48,136 nucleotides of DNA from Callorhinchus milii (GCF_018977255.1 NW_024705399.1:1-48136); one strand, 5' to 3'; shown: positions 24,268-36,599, counted from the stretch's first letter. Numbers and translations are program-made. The notes: generated from the letters alone by a model not told the origin.

Positions 24268-25880
24268 AGCAATAACAACAACAATTTTTCATTTAAACAG
24301 CAGCTTTCACATTAGGAGAATGGAAGTCAAACAACTGGCTGGGTTGGGAGAGGGAAGATGAGAATGAAGTGAAGGCGGACTCTGAAACTTACTGCAAGTT
24401 AATTTGGATGGAGAGGTCTTCAGGTAGATTTACCGGTGAGTTACAAGGCCGACCGACTCCAGGATAGATTTCTAGAACAGGGACAGAGGGGATTAATGCC
24501 CGTTTACTGATGCTTGGGAGGGTCAGGCATGGGATATACAGCAAAACACTAAAAGAGAGAAGAAAGCAGTTGGGGCAGTGGGGCTGAAAAATGTCACAGA
24601 GTGCGTGAGTCATGTAGAGATATAAACGTCAGGACATGGATCTGAAGTGAATCTCGGAAGCTTTCTGGACAGCGATTTAAAGGCAAGCCACAGGGTTTTA
24701 GCTGGTTAACTTCTATCAATAATCCCATATCCGCAACCACACCCACTGAGGTCCCCACGCTTTTACGCTTGCAAATTTGTTCCTCGTCCATTCAGTAATA
24801 AGATTAAAAGTAGCATCCCTCTGGGAATATTGCATTCTGAACATACGGAATTCCATGTGTTCATGGTTGGCAAGGATGGAGTTCACAGTCTTGTTTGGAA
24901 ACCCTTAATCATGGTGATTGGTTTGTACATATGTCAGACTCCTGGCTACCAAAACAAATACTACAGAATGGAGAGCCACGGAAGCAAGTCGATGATGGTA
25001 ATACAGCACAAAATTACACTTATTTATCGCCTTTCCTGTCTGGAGGATGCAACGATAGGCATATGGAGCCTGGTGTAGGAGCGCACATAAACAGGAACAT
25101 TTTGCATTGTTTATAGTTTTTGTAGAAAGTGGTTTTGAATTCCATTGAGTGTGGGATCCGTATACTCCGGCTTCAATGCAACAAAAATGTAAATCAGCTT
25201 TTTGACACCCCAGTGGAGGGGATGTTAGATTTACTGCTGGAGACAAGCAATATTTTGGAGGTGTTCAAACACCAAGAGTGAGTAAGAGTCAGGATACAGT
25301 GATTAAAGGACAGGGTGGAATAAGACAATGCTGTTTCTCATTGGCTCGGTAAGCTGAATTTAGCTTTGGTGCAGATTGATGCCATCAATACCTATGGTGA
25401 GTAGGCACTGAAAGTAATCAAAGAGATGAGCCTCTCGTGAAACCATTCAAATGAAGGAGAATGGCGATCAATCAGCACGTTTGTATCTTACAGGAAATGT
25501 GCAGAACGGCAGTTATGCAGGAGTCTACGGGGAGGGTAGAATTGCGTTTCCTCCACATCATATGGAAGCTCAAACCCTGTCTCTGGATTATGTCACCAAA
25601 GTGCATGTAAATGATGAAACGTAGACGTCTCAGAAAGGAGCACTGATGTTGCCTGCATGTGTTTCTGTAGAGGCAGCAGGAGAAGATGTTAGATAACACA
25701 AAGAGGAGATGCTGAATGGGGGGCGGGCATGCACGTAGAAAGAATTAGAAGTTGAGGCAGGCTCAACAACAGAAAAAGAAAGGGCATGATCAATTACTAG
25801 AGGAAGAGATGTCCACAGTTAGGAGTACAGTAACTAGAGGCATGGTCAGCAATGGTGGCGCGGAGTGGTGTGGAAGGTCC
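24268..25880 (-). mobile_element. Old degenerate L2 (tail to RT region)
   Basis: (CAA)n tail at ~24270. Minus-strand FIIYMHFGDIIQRQGLSFHM (~25560-25620) aligns with [21 protein letters not shown] of the young L2. Boundaries approximate. Confidence 0.7.
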
Positions 25881-25904
25881 AGGTGCAAAATATGACAACC
25901 TGAC

Positions 25905-26720
25905 TGATCAAGTGTGTGTGCATGTCAGTGTTGGTGAGGATCGCATGGTGCTGAGCTGGTCAAGTGTGTGTATGTGTGCATTGGTGACATGGTGCTAAGC
26001 CTGTGATGTGTTTATCTGTGTGCGTGTCAGTATTGGTTGCATGGGGTTGAGCTGGTGAAATGTGTGTGCGTCAATGTTGGTTACATGGTGCGGAGCTGGT
26101 GAAGTGCGTGTTTGTGTCTGTGTTGGTAATATGAGCCTGAGCTAGTGAAGTGTGTATATCAGTGTTGGTGGCATTGGCCTAAGCTAATAACTTGTGTGTG
26201 TCAGTGTTGGTGGCATGGGCCTTAACCTAGTGAGCTGTGTGTGTCAGTGTTGGTGGCATGGGCCTAACCTAGTGACCTGTGTGTGTCAGTGCTGATCGCA
26301 TGGGCCTAATCTAGTGACCTGTGTGTGTCAGTGCTGATCGCATGGGCCTAATCTAGTGACCTGTGTGTGTCAGTGTTGATGGCACGGGCTCAGCTAGTGA
26401 CCTCTGTGTGCCATTATTGAGGGTATGCGCCTAACGTAGTGACCTGTGTGTTAGTGTTGGTGTCATGGGCTGAACTAGTGACCTGTGTGTGTCAGTGTTG
26501 ATGGCATGGGCTGAGCTAGTGACCTGTGTGTGTCAGTGCTGGTGGCATGGGCCTGAGCTAGTGACCTGTGTGTGTCAGTGTTTTTGGCATGGGCCTAAGC
26601 TAGTGACCTTTGTGTGTCAGTTTAGGTGGCATGGTGCTGAGCTCTAGAAGTGTGTCTTTGTCAGTGTTGGTGACATGAGCCTGAGTTGGTGAACTGTGTG
26701 CATCATTTTCGGTGGCATGG
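25905..26720. repeat. ~42-bp minisatellite (CTAGTGACCTGTGTGTGTCAGTGTTGGTGGCATGGGCCTAA/GAG)n
   Basis: Period 42 (26271, 26313, 26355). The centre is homogeneous and the edges are degenerate. Confidence 0.92.
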
Positions 26721-26799
26721 GTCTGCCCTGTTGAATATGCTTACACCTCACATCTCGACCAGCTATGTTTGCCCCAACCAACTCGGGCTCCTACACAAG

Positions 26800-28232
26800 C
26801 CTGGCCCGAGCTGTTTGTGTGGCGGGAGAGCAGTGCCCACACTGTGTGCTCTGCCTGTTCTGGGGTGTGTGTATGGGTGTAGGGAGGGCAGTACTCACCC
26901 TGTGTGCTCTACCTGTCCTGGGCTGTGTGTGGGTGTGTGTGTAGGGGTGACAGTCCCCACTGGTGTGCTCTACCTATCCCAGCCTGTGTGTGACACCAGC
27001 AGCCTTGAAGTGTTTCTTTAGCTGTGTGTCGATGACTGTGCTGTTCTGCGTAATTCTCTCTTTCTTTGTATATTTCTGTCTGTCTGTATCTCTGCATCTG
27101 TGCTTCTCTATATGTTGTGTATGCATCTGTGTCACTATCTGCCCGAATTCATCGCTGTATCAGTGCTTCGCTCCATCTGGGCACGTGTGGTATCTCTTTC
27201 TCTATATCTGTGTATTTGTGTGTATCTCTCACTCTCTGCATCTCTCTAACTGTCTCTTTCTGTATCTCTCTCGCTCTGTACTTGTGTATGTCTCTTATTC
27301 TGTTTTTCTCTATATATTTGTGTGTGTATCTCTGCCCATCTCTGTAGTTGTGTGAGCGCATACATCTCTGTCCATCTGTCTCTATTTATCCATCTATTTA
27401 AGTGTGTGTCGCTGTCTCTCGGTATTTGTTTGTGTTTCACTCTCTTGCACTTCTCTGTCTGTATGTCTATATGTGTATGTTTCTGTATCTCTCTCACTTT
27501 CTCCATATCTCTCCGTCTGATTGTGTATCACTGTCTGTTGCTGTGTGCGTGCATCTCTCTCTTTGCCTTTACCTCTCTATTTGTCTGTCTGTCTTGTCAC
27601 TCTCTTTGTGTGTGTGCTTGTGTGTTTGTCTATGGTATATGGAGGAGATGGGACACACAAGGCTTTACCAGGCCTCAGCAGCCTAGAGCAAACATAATGA
27701 TGTTGCCAGGACTGTGACAACCCTGTTTAGCTTGATGGAGAGATACACACATGACTTTCAGAAATGTTCTCTCCCCATGTCTCTGTATTTATGTCTGTTT
27801 GCCTGTATGTGTCTCTGTATCTGTGTGTGGGCCTCTTTCCGTGTGTTTCCCTATGTCTGTGTATGTGGGTGTGCAACAGGGAGGGCGAAGCCCACACTTT
27901 GTGCTCTGCCACTCCTGGACTATGTTTTTGTGTAGGGAGGGCAGTGCCCACATTGCGTGCTCTATCTGTCCCGGGTTGTGTGTGTGTGTGTGTAGGGAGG
28001 GCAGTGCCCACACTGTATGCTCTTCCTGTCTCGGGCTGTGTCTGTGTGTGTCTCTGTTTGTCTCTGCGTTGGGAGGGCTGCGCCCACACTGTGTGTTCTG
28101 TCTGTCCCGGGCTGTGTGTGTGTGTGTGTGCAGTGAGGGCTGTGCTTACACTGTGTGCTCTACCTGTTCCGGGCTGTGTGTGTGTGTGTGTAGGGAGGGC
28201 TGTGCTCATACTATGTGCTCTGCCTCCCGGTC
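26800..28232. repeat. ~60-bp minisatellite (TGTAGGGAGGGCAGTGCCCACACTGTGTGCTCTACCTGTCCCGGGCTGTG...) in two blocks split by a CT/GT-rich tract
   Basis: About 3 units at 26800-26995 and about 6 units at 27865-28232, with pyrimidine-rich low-complexity DNA between. Confidence 0.85.
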
Positions 28233-28689
28233 TGCATTTGACACCAACAACAGTAAACCAGACATTCTTGACAAACAGCTGTTCGTTTAAAAACAACATA
28301 TGTGTAAATATCTAATTGCAGATAGGATATATATTTACGTTGATTTGAATCAAATAATTCCTTAACCGAAAAGAAAAAGCTCAATTCATTATTATCCCGT
28401 TATTGGATGTGACAGTAGCGGCCGCTTGTGGCGGAGAGGGGAGCGGGTCGCATTTCTCTCAACCCCCCACTCCCCCCTTAGATAGAGGGACCAAATTTGC
28501 CCCATTTCGGGGTGCCGCATCACTTTGCAGGACACAGTCTTTTGCCCCCCTCTCTGCAGTGCATCTCTTTATGCGGACCGTGGACGGTTCTACAACACAC
28601 AGGATGTGCACACATTTTTTGGGGTGTATCCTTTAAACATGGTGAGGAAATGCTGCCTGTGACATCCTAACTCCTTATCAACCCGTGGA

Positions 28690-28990
28690 TATGAACCTCT
28701 GCTCCTGAACTCCCTTTAAATCTGTACTATTTATCGAAAGTTTCCTCTCCTCATTCTTCCTCCCAAAATGCATCACCTTACACCTTTCCACTTAAACTTC
28801 ATCTGTCGTGTGTCTGCCCATTTCACCAGACTGTCTATGTCCTCCTCCCATCTGACACCATCCTCCTCATTGTTTACCACTTTCCCACGTTTCGTGTTGT
28901 CTACAAACTGAAACATTTTGCTCTTTATACCCAAGTCGTGCACATGCTTCAAGAAGAGCAGTGGAACTAATATCGACCCCTCCGCATGAA
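28690..28990 (-). mobile_element. CR1 LINE RT fragment
   Basis: Minus strand LGIKSKMFQFVDNTKRGKVVNNEEDGVRWEEDIDSLVKWADTRQMKF, a degenerate CR1 KFADDTKLGG...WQMKFN segment. Confidence 0.85.
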
Positions 28991-29127
28991 AAAAAAGTTC
29001 TCCTGAGCTCGACCAATCTTCCTTCTTCCTTTCTGTATAAACATCTTCTTCACTGGTCACCTCTGGCAGGTGTTGACTTCCCTGCTGGGAACTGGCCTAA
29101 TTATATTCTTTACAGCTTGAGTGTGTG

Positions 29128-29195
29128 TAACTTGGCTCATTTGGTAGCGCTATGGCCTCTCGGTCAGATGGTTGTGGTTCTAAGCCTCACAACCC
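29128..29195 (+). mobile_element. Degenerate tRNA-derived SINE head
   Basis: TTGGCTCATTTGGTAGCGC...GGTCAGATGGTTGTGGTTCTAAGCC (A- and B-box-like). Confidence 0.5.
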
Positions 29196-29355
29196 ATGAG
29201 ACAATCACAAGGAATTCCAAGAGCTGATGCATACACAAGTACATATGACAGGAAGCAGTAGGCAGAACAAGGAGTGTAAATGTTTTAGCTGTAGATCTGT
29301 GTCAACTCATGAACAATCTGTAACTTGCTCCATTTAATACTGATTTCTATTACAG

Positions 29356-29468
29356 GATGGAAAGCTCCAGTTCTACAGAAGCCTTTGTACAGAGCAAACG
29401 ACGGCAAAGCACTGGAAAAGCTGTGGAACAGGAAAGAGATCGGCCAACAGAGGGTGCTACAGCTGATG
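29356..29468 (+). CDS. NLR gene, probable first coding exon (MESSSSTEAFVQSKRRQSTGKAVEQERDRPTEGATAD)
   Basis: TTTCTATTACAG|G ATG G with ATG at 29357. Phase-1 donor GATG|GTAACC (alternative AAAG|GTGGGA at 29483) matches the phase-1 acceptor at 35484. Non-repetitive island. Confidence 0.6.
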
Positions 29469-29889
29469 GTAACCGGCCAAAAGGTGGGAAAATGTATCGA
29501 GCTACACGGCTGCTTTTCAATCCAGGTGCTTTTCCTCCACAATCAGCTTTTCCTCTCGCCCCCACACCGTCTCAGGCAGCATTCCTCAGGACTCTGTGCT
29601 GGGTACCCTCCTATTCCATAGCAACATACTCCCTCTTGGTGGCATTATCCTTAGACATTGGAACCCCATCTGACACAACCTTGCCCGCCCAATTAATCTG
29701 TCAAAATCCTTTGTAACTTCCGACTCCCATCTACGTGACTTAATGAGCCTCCGAGCTTAGTGTCGACAAGAAACTTGCATACTAAAAAATACGTATTCCT
29801 TCAGCCAAGTCATATATATATATATATATGTATTACATATATATATGTATTGTAATATATATATATGCATATATATATTACACACATTT

Positions 29890-31455
29890 GTGGTGAATAG
29901 CTGAGGTCCCAATACAGATCCCTCGGGGATACAACATGACATGTCTCGCCAAACAGTGAAGGTCCCCTTTATCCACACGCTCTGTTTTCCTGCCTCCCAC
30001 CCAATTACCAAGCCACGTCACACGGTTACCATGCACTCCATGCACTTCCACTTTCGCTAATACTGTTTTGTGCGGAAACTTATCAAATGCCTTCTGAAAG
30101 CTCATATAATCAATATCCACAGTCTATTTTAGCGACATCCTCAAAACATTCAACGAGATAAGTCAGAGACGACTTACCCTGCACAAACCCACGCTGTTTC
30201 TCTTTGACTAGCTCATATCTGTCCAAGTTTTCAGTCAATCTGTCTTTGAGGATGGATTACAGTATTTTCCCTACAACTGACATTAGGCTGCAGGTCTGTA
30301 GTTTCCTGTTTTCTCCCTCCACGCTTTCTTAAATAAAGGGCTGATTGTCACAATTTTCCAATACAAGGGCACAATTCCTCAATCTAGTGATTTTTGAAAA
30401 ATTATGAAGAATGGATCTGCAATTTTCTCTCCTATTTCTTTTAACACCCTGGGGTGCAAACTATCAGGTACTCTGGATTTGTATATCTTAAGTGCCATTA
30501 TTTTCTCCATTACTATGTCTTCTTTATATTAATTATATTAAGCATTTGACTTTGACTTACATTTAGTTTACCCTGTATGGCTTATATTTTGTCCTCTACT
30601 GTAAAACGGAAGCGAAGTATTTATTTAACAAGTCAGTCTTTTCATTATTTTCCATTATAGTCTCATCTACATCTGACTTTAATGGGCCCGCATTCACTGT
30701 GACCACTTTCTGTCTCTTAATATATTTATAAAGGCTTTTACTATAGGTTTTAATATCCGTTGCAAGTTTTTTTTCATATTCTCTTATTGCTCATTTTATT
30801 GCTTTTCTTGCATCTCTTTTTTGCCTTTGGTAGTTCTCCCTGTCGTCTGCATTCCCACTTTTTCTTGCATTTGAGCAAGCCTTTTCTTTTAGCTTGATAT
30901 AGTCTCAAACATCTTTTGTCCATCACGTGTGCTTAAATAAACAATTAGAGCTTTTGCATTTTAGCCTATGTACTTTGCCTGTACTGTCTCAAATACGTTT
31001 TTGAATACTTCCCATTGTTCGTCTGTAGTTTTGTCCAATAACAGTGCAGCCCAGGTTGCTGTGATCAATTTATTACTCATCCCATTGAAGCTTAGCATAG
31101 AATCATATAATTATACAGCGCAGTTGGAGGCCATTCAGCCCATCGTGTCTGTATCGGCTTTTTTAAAAGAGTTTCAAAATCAATCCTGCTCCCCCGCTCT
31201 GTCCCCATAGCCCTACGAACTTGTCCTTCACAAATAATTATCTACCTCTCTCTTAAAAGTTGCTAATGAATTGGCTTCCAACGCCTTTCAGGCATTGCAT
31301 TTTAGATCTGAACAACTCACTACTTGTCTTAATTTTAAGATTTAAAATTTAAAAACCTTGGTTTGGAAATCTCCTTTCTCCCTCTCAAACGTAGTGTCAA
31401 ATTCAATCATATTATGATCACTATTTGCAATATGTTCCCGTACGTCAGATTGTTG
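29890..31455 (-). mobile_element. CR1 LINE ORF2, end of endonuclease to RT (degenerate), first part
   Basis: Minus strand DIDYMSFQKAFDKFPH, WLGNW, IPEGSVLGPQLFT. The EN motif HIANSDHNMIEF lies at ~31400-31440. Confidence 0.9.
31096..31320 (-). mobile_element. Short CR1 3' end nested in the older CR1
   Basis: CATAGAATCATA...GGAGGCCATTCAGCCCATCGTGTCTGT, a typical antisense shark CR1 3' terminus interrupting ORF2. Confidence 0.75.
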
Positions 31456-33770
31456 CATCTCCTACCGCCCATGGAAGAAGTTACCCCCCAAATCCCTAAC
31501 CGCTGACTTGGAGTCCTCTGAACTCCTCTCACTCTGGCCTTCAACCCTCACTGACCCCTCTTCTGCTCTCACCCTCCTCCACAACACACTCTCCTCCACA
31601 CTTGACACTCTTGCCCCCATCACCTCCCATACTGTCTCCTACTCTCGCTCCTCCCCCTGGTTCACCACCCACCTCCGCTCACTGAAGAGCCAGGTGCGGG
31701 CCGCTGAACGCACCTGTGTCAAATCTGGCCTAACGGTCCACCGACAAATCTGGCTGGACCTCCTCAAAATCTACCGCTCCACTCTAGCCTCGGCCAAATC
31801 GTTCTTCTACTCCAGGATAATCCTGGAGGCGAAGAACAACCCCAGGCTACTGTTCTCTTCTACATCCCGACTCCTCCGTCCCACCTGCCACCCCGCGAAG
31901 GTCATCTCCTCCAACCTGCACTGCGAGGAGATGCTGGATTTCCTTGAATCCAAAATCAAGGGAATTCGCTCCGTGGTCACTTCCCCTCCAACATCCACCC
32001 ACCCCCACCCCTTCCCTCCCACACTCCGACTCCTACCCATCCTCCCCTACACACTTTCGTACCCGTTTCCCCACCCTCTGTCACCAAACTCATCCTATCC
32101 CTGAAACCCACCACCTGCTCCCTTGACCCCATCCCCACTCCACTCCTTATCTCCCAGCTCCACCTCCTTGCCCCACATATCACAGACATCGTCAACCTGT
32201 CCCTCTCCTCTGGCTCTGTTCCCATTCCCTTAAAAACTGCCACCATCACACCCACCTTGAAAAAACCCTCCCTTGATGCGTCGCAGCTATCAAGCTACCG
32301 GCCCATCTCCAACCTCCCCTTTCTCTCCAAGGTCCTGGAACGAGTTGTCGCCTCCCAGCTGCGCTCTTTCCTCTCCAACCATTCACTATTCGAACCCCTT
32401 CAGTCAGGTTTCCGTGCTGCCCATAGCACAGAAACTGCCCTGGTCAAGGTCACCAATGACATCCTGACCATCTGTGACCAGGGCTCCCTCTGCCTCCTCG
32501 TCCTCCTCGACCTATCGGCAGCATTCGATACGGTCGACCATGCTATCCTCCTCCACCGCTTGTCCTCCCACCTCAACCTTCAAGGCCCTGTCCTTGAGTG
32601 GTTTAGGTCGTACCTATCCCACCGTCTTCACTTTGTCTCCACGAATGGTTTTTCCTCCGGCTCCTGCGCTGTCTCGTGCGTTATCCCTCAGGGCTTTGTC
32701 CTCGGTCCCCTCCTCTTCACCCTCTATATGCTCCCCCTTGGTGACATCATCCGCAGACATGGGGTTAACTTCCACATGTATGCGGATGACACCCATCTCT
32801 ACCTTTCCTCCTCTACCCTCAACTCCACGACCACCGATGTCCTGACAGCTGCCTGTCCGACATCGAGTCCTGAACGAGAGACAACTTTCTTCAGCTCAAC
32901 GTGCGTAAAACTGAGGCCCTCCTGATTGGCTCACGTCAGCGCCTCCGCACCTCAGGCGCTGACAGCATCAGCATCCAAGGCTGCACTCTCCACCTCTCAA
33001 AGCCATCAGGAACCTCGGTGTTCTGTTCAACCCTGAGCTGTCCTTTCTCCCTCATATCCGCGCCACAACTTGCACCGCCTTCCGTCATCTCCGGATTGTC
33101 GCAAGACTATGGCACTACCTCACCCCTCACGCGGCTGAAATTCTGGTCCACGCCTTTATCACCTCAAGGCTGGACTATGGGTACTCTCTCCTCGCGGCCT
33201 TCCCGGCCCTCCCTCTACACTGCAGGTCATTCAGAACTCTGCAGCTCGTGTACTGTCCCGCACCAGACTTCGGGACCACATCACTCCCACCCTCGCTCGC
33301 CTCCACTGGCTCCCCATCCCCCAGAGGATCGAATTGAAGATCCTCTTCCTCACCTACAAAGCCATTCACGACCTTGCCCCCTCCTACGTCTCCGACCTAC
33401 TATCCCCCGACCTACCTGCCCGTACCCTCCGTTCCTCTGGCTCCGGTCTGCGCCACATCCCCCGCCCCAACCACCCTAACATTGGTGGCCGGACCTTCAG
33501 CCTCTCAGCCCCGAGGCTCTGAAACTCTATCCCCAATGCCTTCGCGTTCCTTCCTCCCTTTCCTCCTACAAGGCCGGTCTCAAGACCTTTCTCTTTGACC
33601 GTACCTTCAGCTCCCTTCTCGACTCTCTACCCCCTCCTCACTCCCTCCCTTCCCTCCCCTCACCCTGACCATTTCCCCCCAATGCTCGGGTCCTGACTCA
33701 ACTGTACAGCACCTTGGGACGTCCTCCCGACATGAAAGGCGCTCTATAAATTGAATCTTGTTGTTGTTGT
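31456..33770 (+). mobile_element. Young 5'-truncated L2 LINE with RT domain and frameshifts
   Basis: [65 protein letters not shown] (32779-32790), LHWLP. 3' stem-loop region and (TTG)n tail. ORF split over several frames. Confidence 0.97.
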
Positions 33771-33782
33771 GTTGTGCTACAT

Positions 33783-34093
33783 GGAGTTCTATAATTCATT
33801 GGTCAGAGCACTCGCCTTGCAACGAGAGACCTGGGTTCAATTCCAGGCAGGCCAAACCTTGAGCAAGTTTCCTTACTCCACACACCTGATAATAATCCCT
33901 CCAAAATAAACCAATAATAAATGGGTCATTTTGAATCCACGACTGTTTGTGGGACTCTGCTGTGCGCAGCTGGGTGCCGCGTTTCGCCCACAAATATACG
34001 GTCAATTCACTTTAGCCTTTTGTGTGAAGCTCTTTGAGACGTGGAGAAGACGTTAAAAGCATTATATCAAATGTAAGGATTATTATTATTATT
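33783..34093 (+). mobile_element. tRNA(Ala)-derived SINE, full length
   Basis: GGAGTTCTATAATTCATTGGTCAGAGCACTCGCCTTGCAACGAGAGACCTGGGTTCAATTCC head. Same body as 19472-19788, (ATT)n tail. Confidence 0.9.
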
Positions 34094-35400
34094 GGTTAGT
34101 TCAGACGCATTACCAGTCGCAAAATCCAATGGCTTGTTGCATTGTTGGATCTTAAAAAAAAAAAATTCAAAAAATTGTCCAATACATTCTGGACATATGT
34201 TATCTTTATGAGTTTAGGTGAGCTGCATCTCTCAGTCCATGTGAAAATTAAGATTACCATTATAACCACATTGCTATATGCTTCCTTGATCTCTGTATGT
34301 ATACATTTCCCAATTACATCACAACCCAATGAATGTCTGTATACTTATCCCGACAAGGTTTTAACTCATTTGCTGTAGCTTAATCCTACCACAGTGTTTC
34401 CATGCGCTGAACGTTCTGACTGAAATCTTTCATTTTCACTGCTGTAATCTCTTCTTTCCAAGTGTCCCAGTCATTTCCAAAGACCAAAAAGCCTGGTATA
34501 TTTAGCTTCCAGTGCTACCCAGCCTCTAAACAGGTCTCTAATGAATATTATGCCATGATTTTCAAGCTGAAGTTGTGCTTCTAACTCACTTATTTGATTT
34601 CTTATGGTACGTGAATTTGTGTAAACTCTTATTTAGGTAACTATTTTCAAAATGCTTGTTCGCCCTGACAATGTTATTCTCACATTGTTTGACGTGTTAA
34701 ACATTTTTTTGATGACGTCCTATTAGCTTGTTTCATTCCGTAGTATTTATGCCGTTATCACTATTTGTATCCTGACCGTTGCTCTCATCCTCTCCTTGGT
34801 TTTTTTTTTGGAAGCATTTCCACCCCCCAGCCACACCTTTACCGATACAAAGCTTTTTCAACAATCCTATTTATCCTTTCCTCTGGAACCTTGGTCACAG
34901 CCCAATTCAGGGAGAACCCATCCCAACAGTACAGCTCACTGCTGTCCCAGTAATGGTGCCAGTGTCCCACGAAATGGGGCTCCTGCTCCTCAAACCACAC
35001 ATTCAACCCTGATCTGTTTATCTTTTCCAAATAGTACGTGGCTCGTTTACCCATTCAGAGATTACCACTTTCGAGGTCCTGTTATTAATTTAACCCCTAG
35101 CTCTTGATGCTCCTTAAGCAGAATTCTTTCTCTTTCCTATGTCATTGGTTCCCGTGTGGATAACGATCACTGGTTATGTCCCCTTCCTTTCCAAGTTCCT
35201 TTCCACCAGCTTTGAAATATCTCTTATCCTGACACCAGGAAGGCAACATACCTTCCTGGACTCTCTTTCTAGACTGCAGAGAATACAATCGATCCCCGTA
35301 ATTATTGCAAATCCTATGACGACAACGTTTCTATTCTGCTCCTACCACACTTATTTTGCCTTCTGTTCTATGGTACTTTGGATTGCATTCAGGCATCCTT
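34094..35400 (-). mobile_element. CR1 LINE 5' part: ORF1 SGNH esterase domain and start of ORF2 endonuclease
   Basis: Minus strand LNVWFEEQEPHFVGHWHHYWDSSELYCWDGFSLNWAVTKV...INRIVEKAL (CR1 ORF1 esterase C-terminus). VVIMVILIF/VLDNFL are EN remnants. Continues 29890-31455. Confidence 0.85.
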
Positions 35401-35483
35401 CCCCATAGACGTCTCCCTCATCCAATGCAGTAATGATCTACAATGCTCTCACTGTCCTTCACGTATACCTTATATATTGGCAG

Positions 35484-35647
35484 ATGTCGACAATACTTTA
35501 GTCAACCGAATTCTGAAAAGTTACAGCGATACTGAGCTGCACATGGTGACCTCGCTCTACAGGCAGAGACTGGAGGAGGTTATGGATGATCTGGTAGAGA
35601 ACCTGACGTCGATGCTGGAGAAACTGCTGAAAGGCAGAGATTTCGCT
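35484..35647 (+). CDS. NLR gene exon, first half of N-terminal helical death-fold (CARD-like) domain
   Basis: TATTGGCAG| acceptor (phase 1). Encodes DVDNTLVNRILKSYSDTELHMVTSLYRQRLEEVMDDLVENLTSMLEKLLKGRDFA. GCT|GTAGGT donor (phase 0). Resembles shark/ray NLR N-termini (LTxFYRDRLEQAIE) as I recall them. Confidence 0.85.
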
Positions 35648-36599
35648 GTAGGTTGAACAACATTAAAATTAACTTGTGTTCTTGGTGAAAGCTCACAGTA
35701 CAAAGCCCGCACTCACCTATTACATTGATACGGAAATTGATTCCAAACCCGCATTCAAGTGTCCCCACTAAGCATTTCACAAGACAAGGAGCTAGAATGT
35801 TTCACAAACAACAATTTCTAATTTTACATTTAGCTGCATTTGCTGACAATATCCGCAATTAGCTCATATAATATATACATTTTATAATGATTTATGTGAA
35901 GTGTATTGCAATGTTCCTATGATGTAATGAACTGTAATATCAAATGGAAGAATTATTATTTGTATAGCTAAGCTATCCATGTAGAAATGAAACAGCGCTA
36001 ATATGTAAGAGATTCAGATGGAGACGGCTGATATGATTGTGTAATAATCCAAAGTTTATTAAGAAAGTCACATAAACTCCAACTGAGAAAATAGATAAAG
36101 TGAAATCCGTATTACCCCGCCAACTGGGAAGAAGCGTCAACTCCCAAGTCGACTCCAACCATTTCATAGTTGCATCTTTGTTTTAATAGTTTCTCACTCC
36201 ACCGCCCCTTGCAAAAGAGATGGCCATCAATCTTGGCAAGCTGAAAGCAACCCTCTGTAGGCTCTTTTCCCTTGGAAAAATAAATGATAGGGAGAAAGAC
36301 AGATGGGCGAATTTTATTTTCCAGCCTTCTCTAGCCTGCTTGTTTCTCAGCCTTGATATAGGCAGGTATCTGAGGTTAAAGCCTGTGCTTTCGGAGATCT
36401 ATGTTTAAGGACCCGATTGCTCATTATCTCTACGGAGTGAACATCTTCCCAGGAAAATAAGGAATGTAAGCAGAAACTGACCTCAACTGGCAATGTTTCT
36501 TTTAACCTTTGCTATGATAGTCCTCAAATCAAACCCAGCTTATTAAAGGATTATGAGTAGGTGACATTCTAGAACAATATGATGATTAATTAAAAAGCT

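Noticed and set aside
29811..29882. AT-rich palindromic element
   Set aside because: It is an interrupted (TA)n microsatellite, so self-complementarity is trivial.
31508..33522. Active reverse transcriptase gene or retron-like system
   Set aside because: This is a typical L2 ORF2, 5'-truncated without its endonuclease and broken by frameshifts.
35484..35501. ATG at the exon start as the NLR initiator
   Set aside because: It reads ATG TCG ACA ATA CTT TAG, out of frame with the conserved domain.
35984..35993. ISRE/IRF-like GAAATGAAAC (also GAAAGTGGAAAGT at ~40588)
   Set aside because: Short motifs like these are expected by chance in 48 kb, and there is no supporting context.
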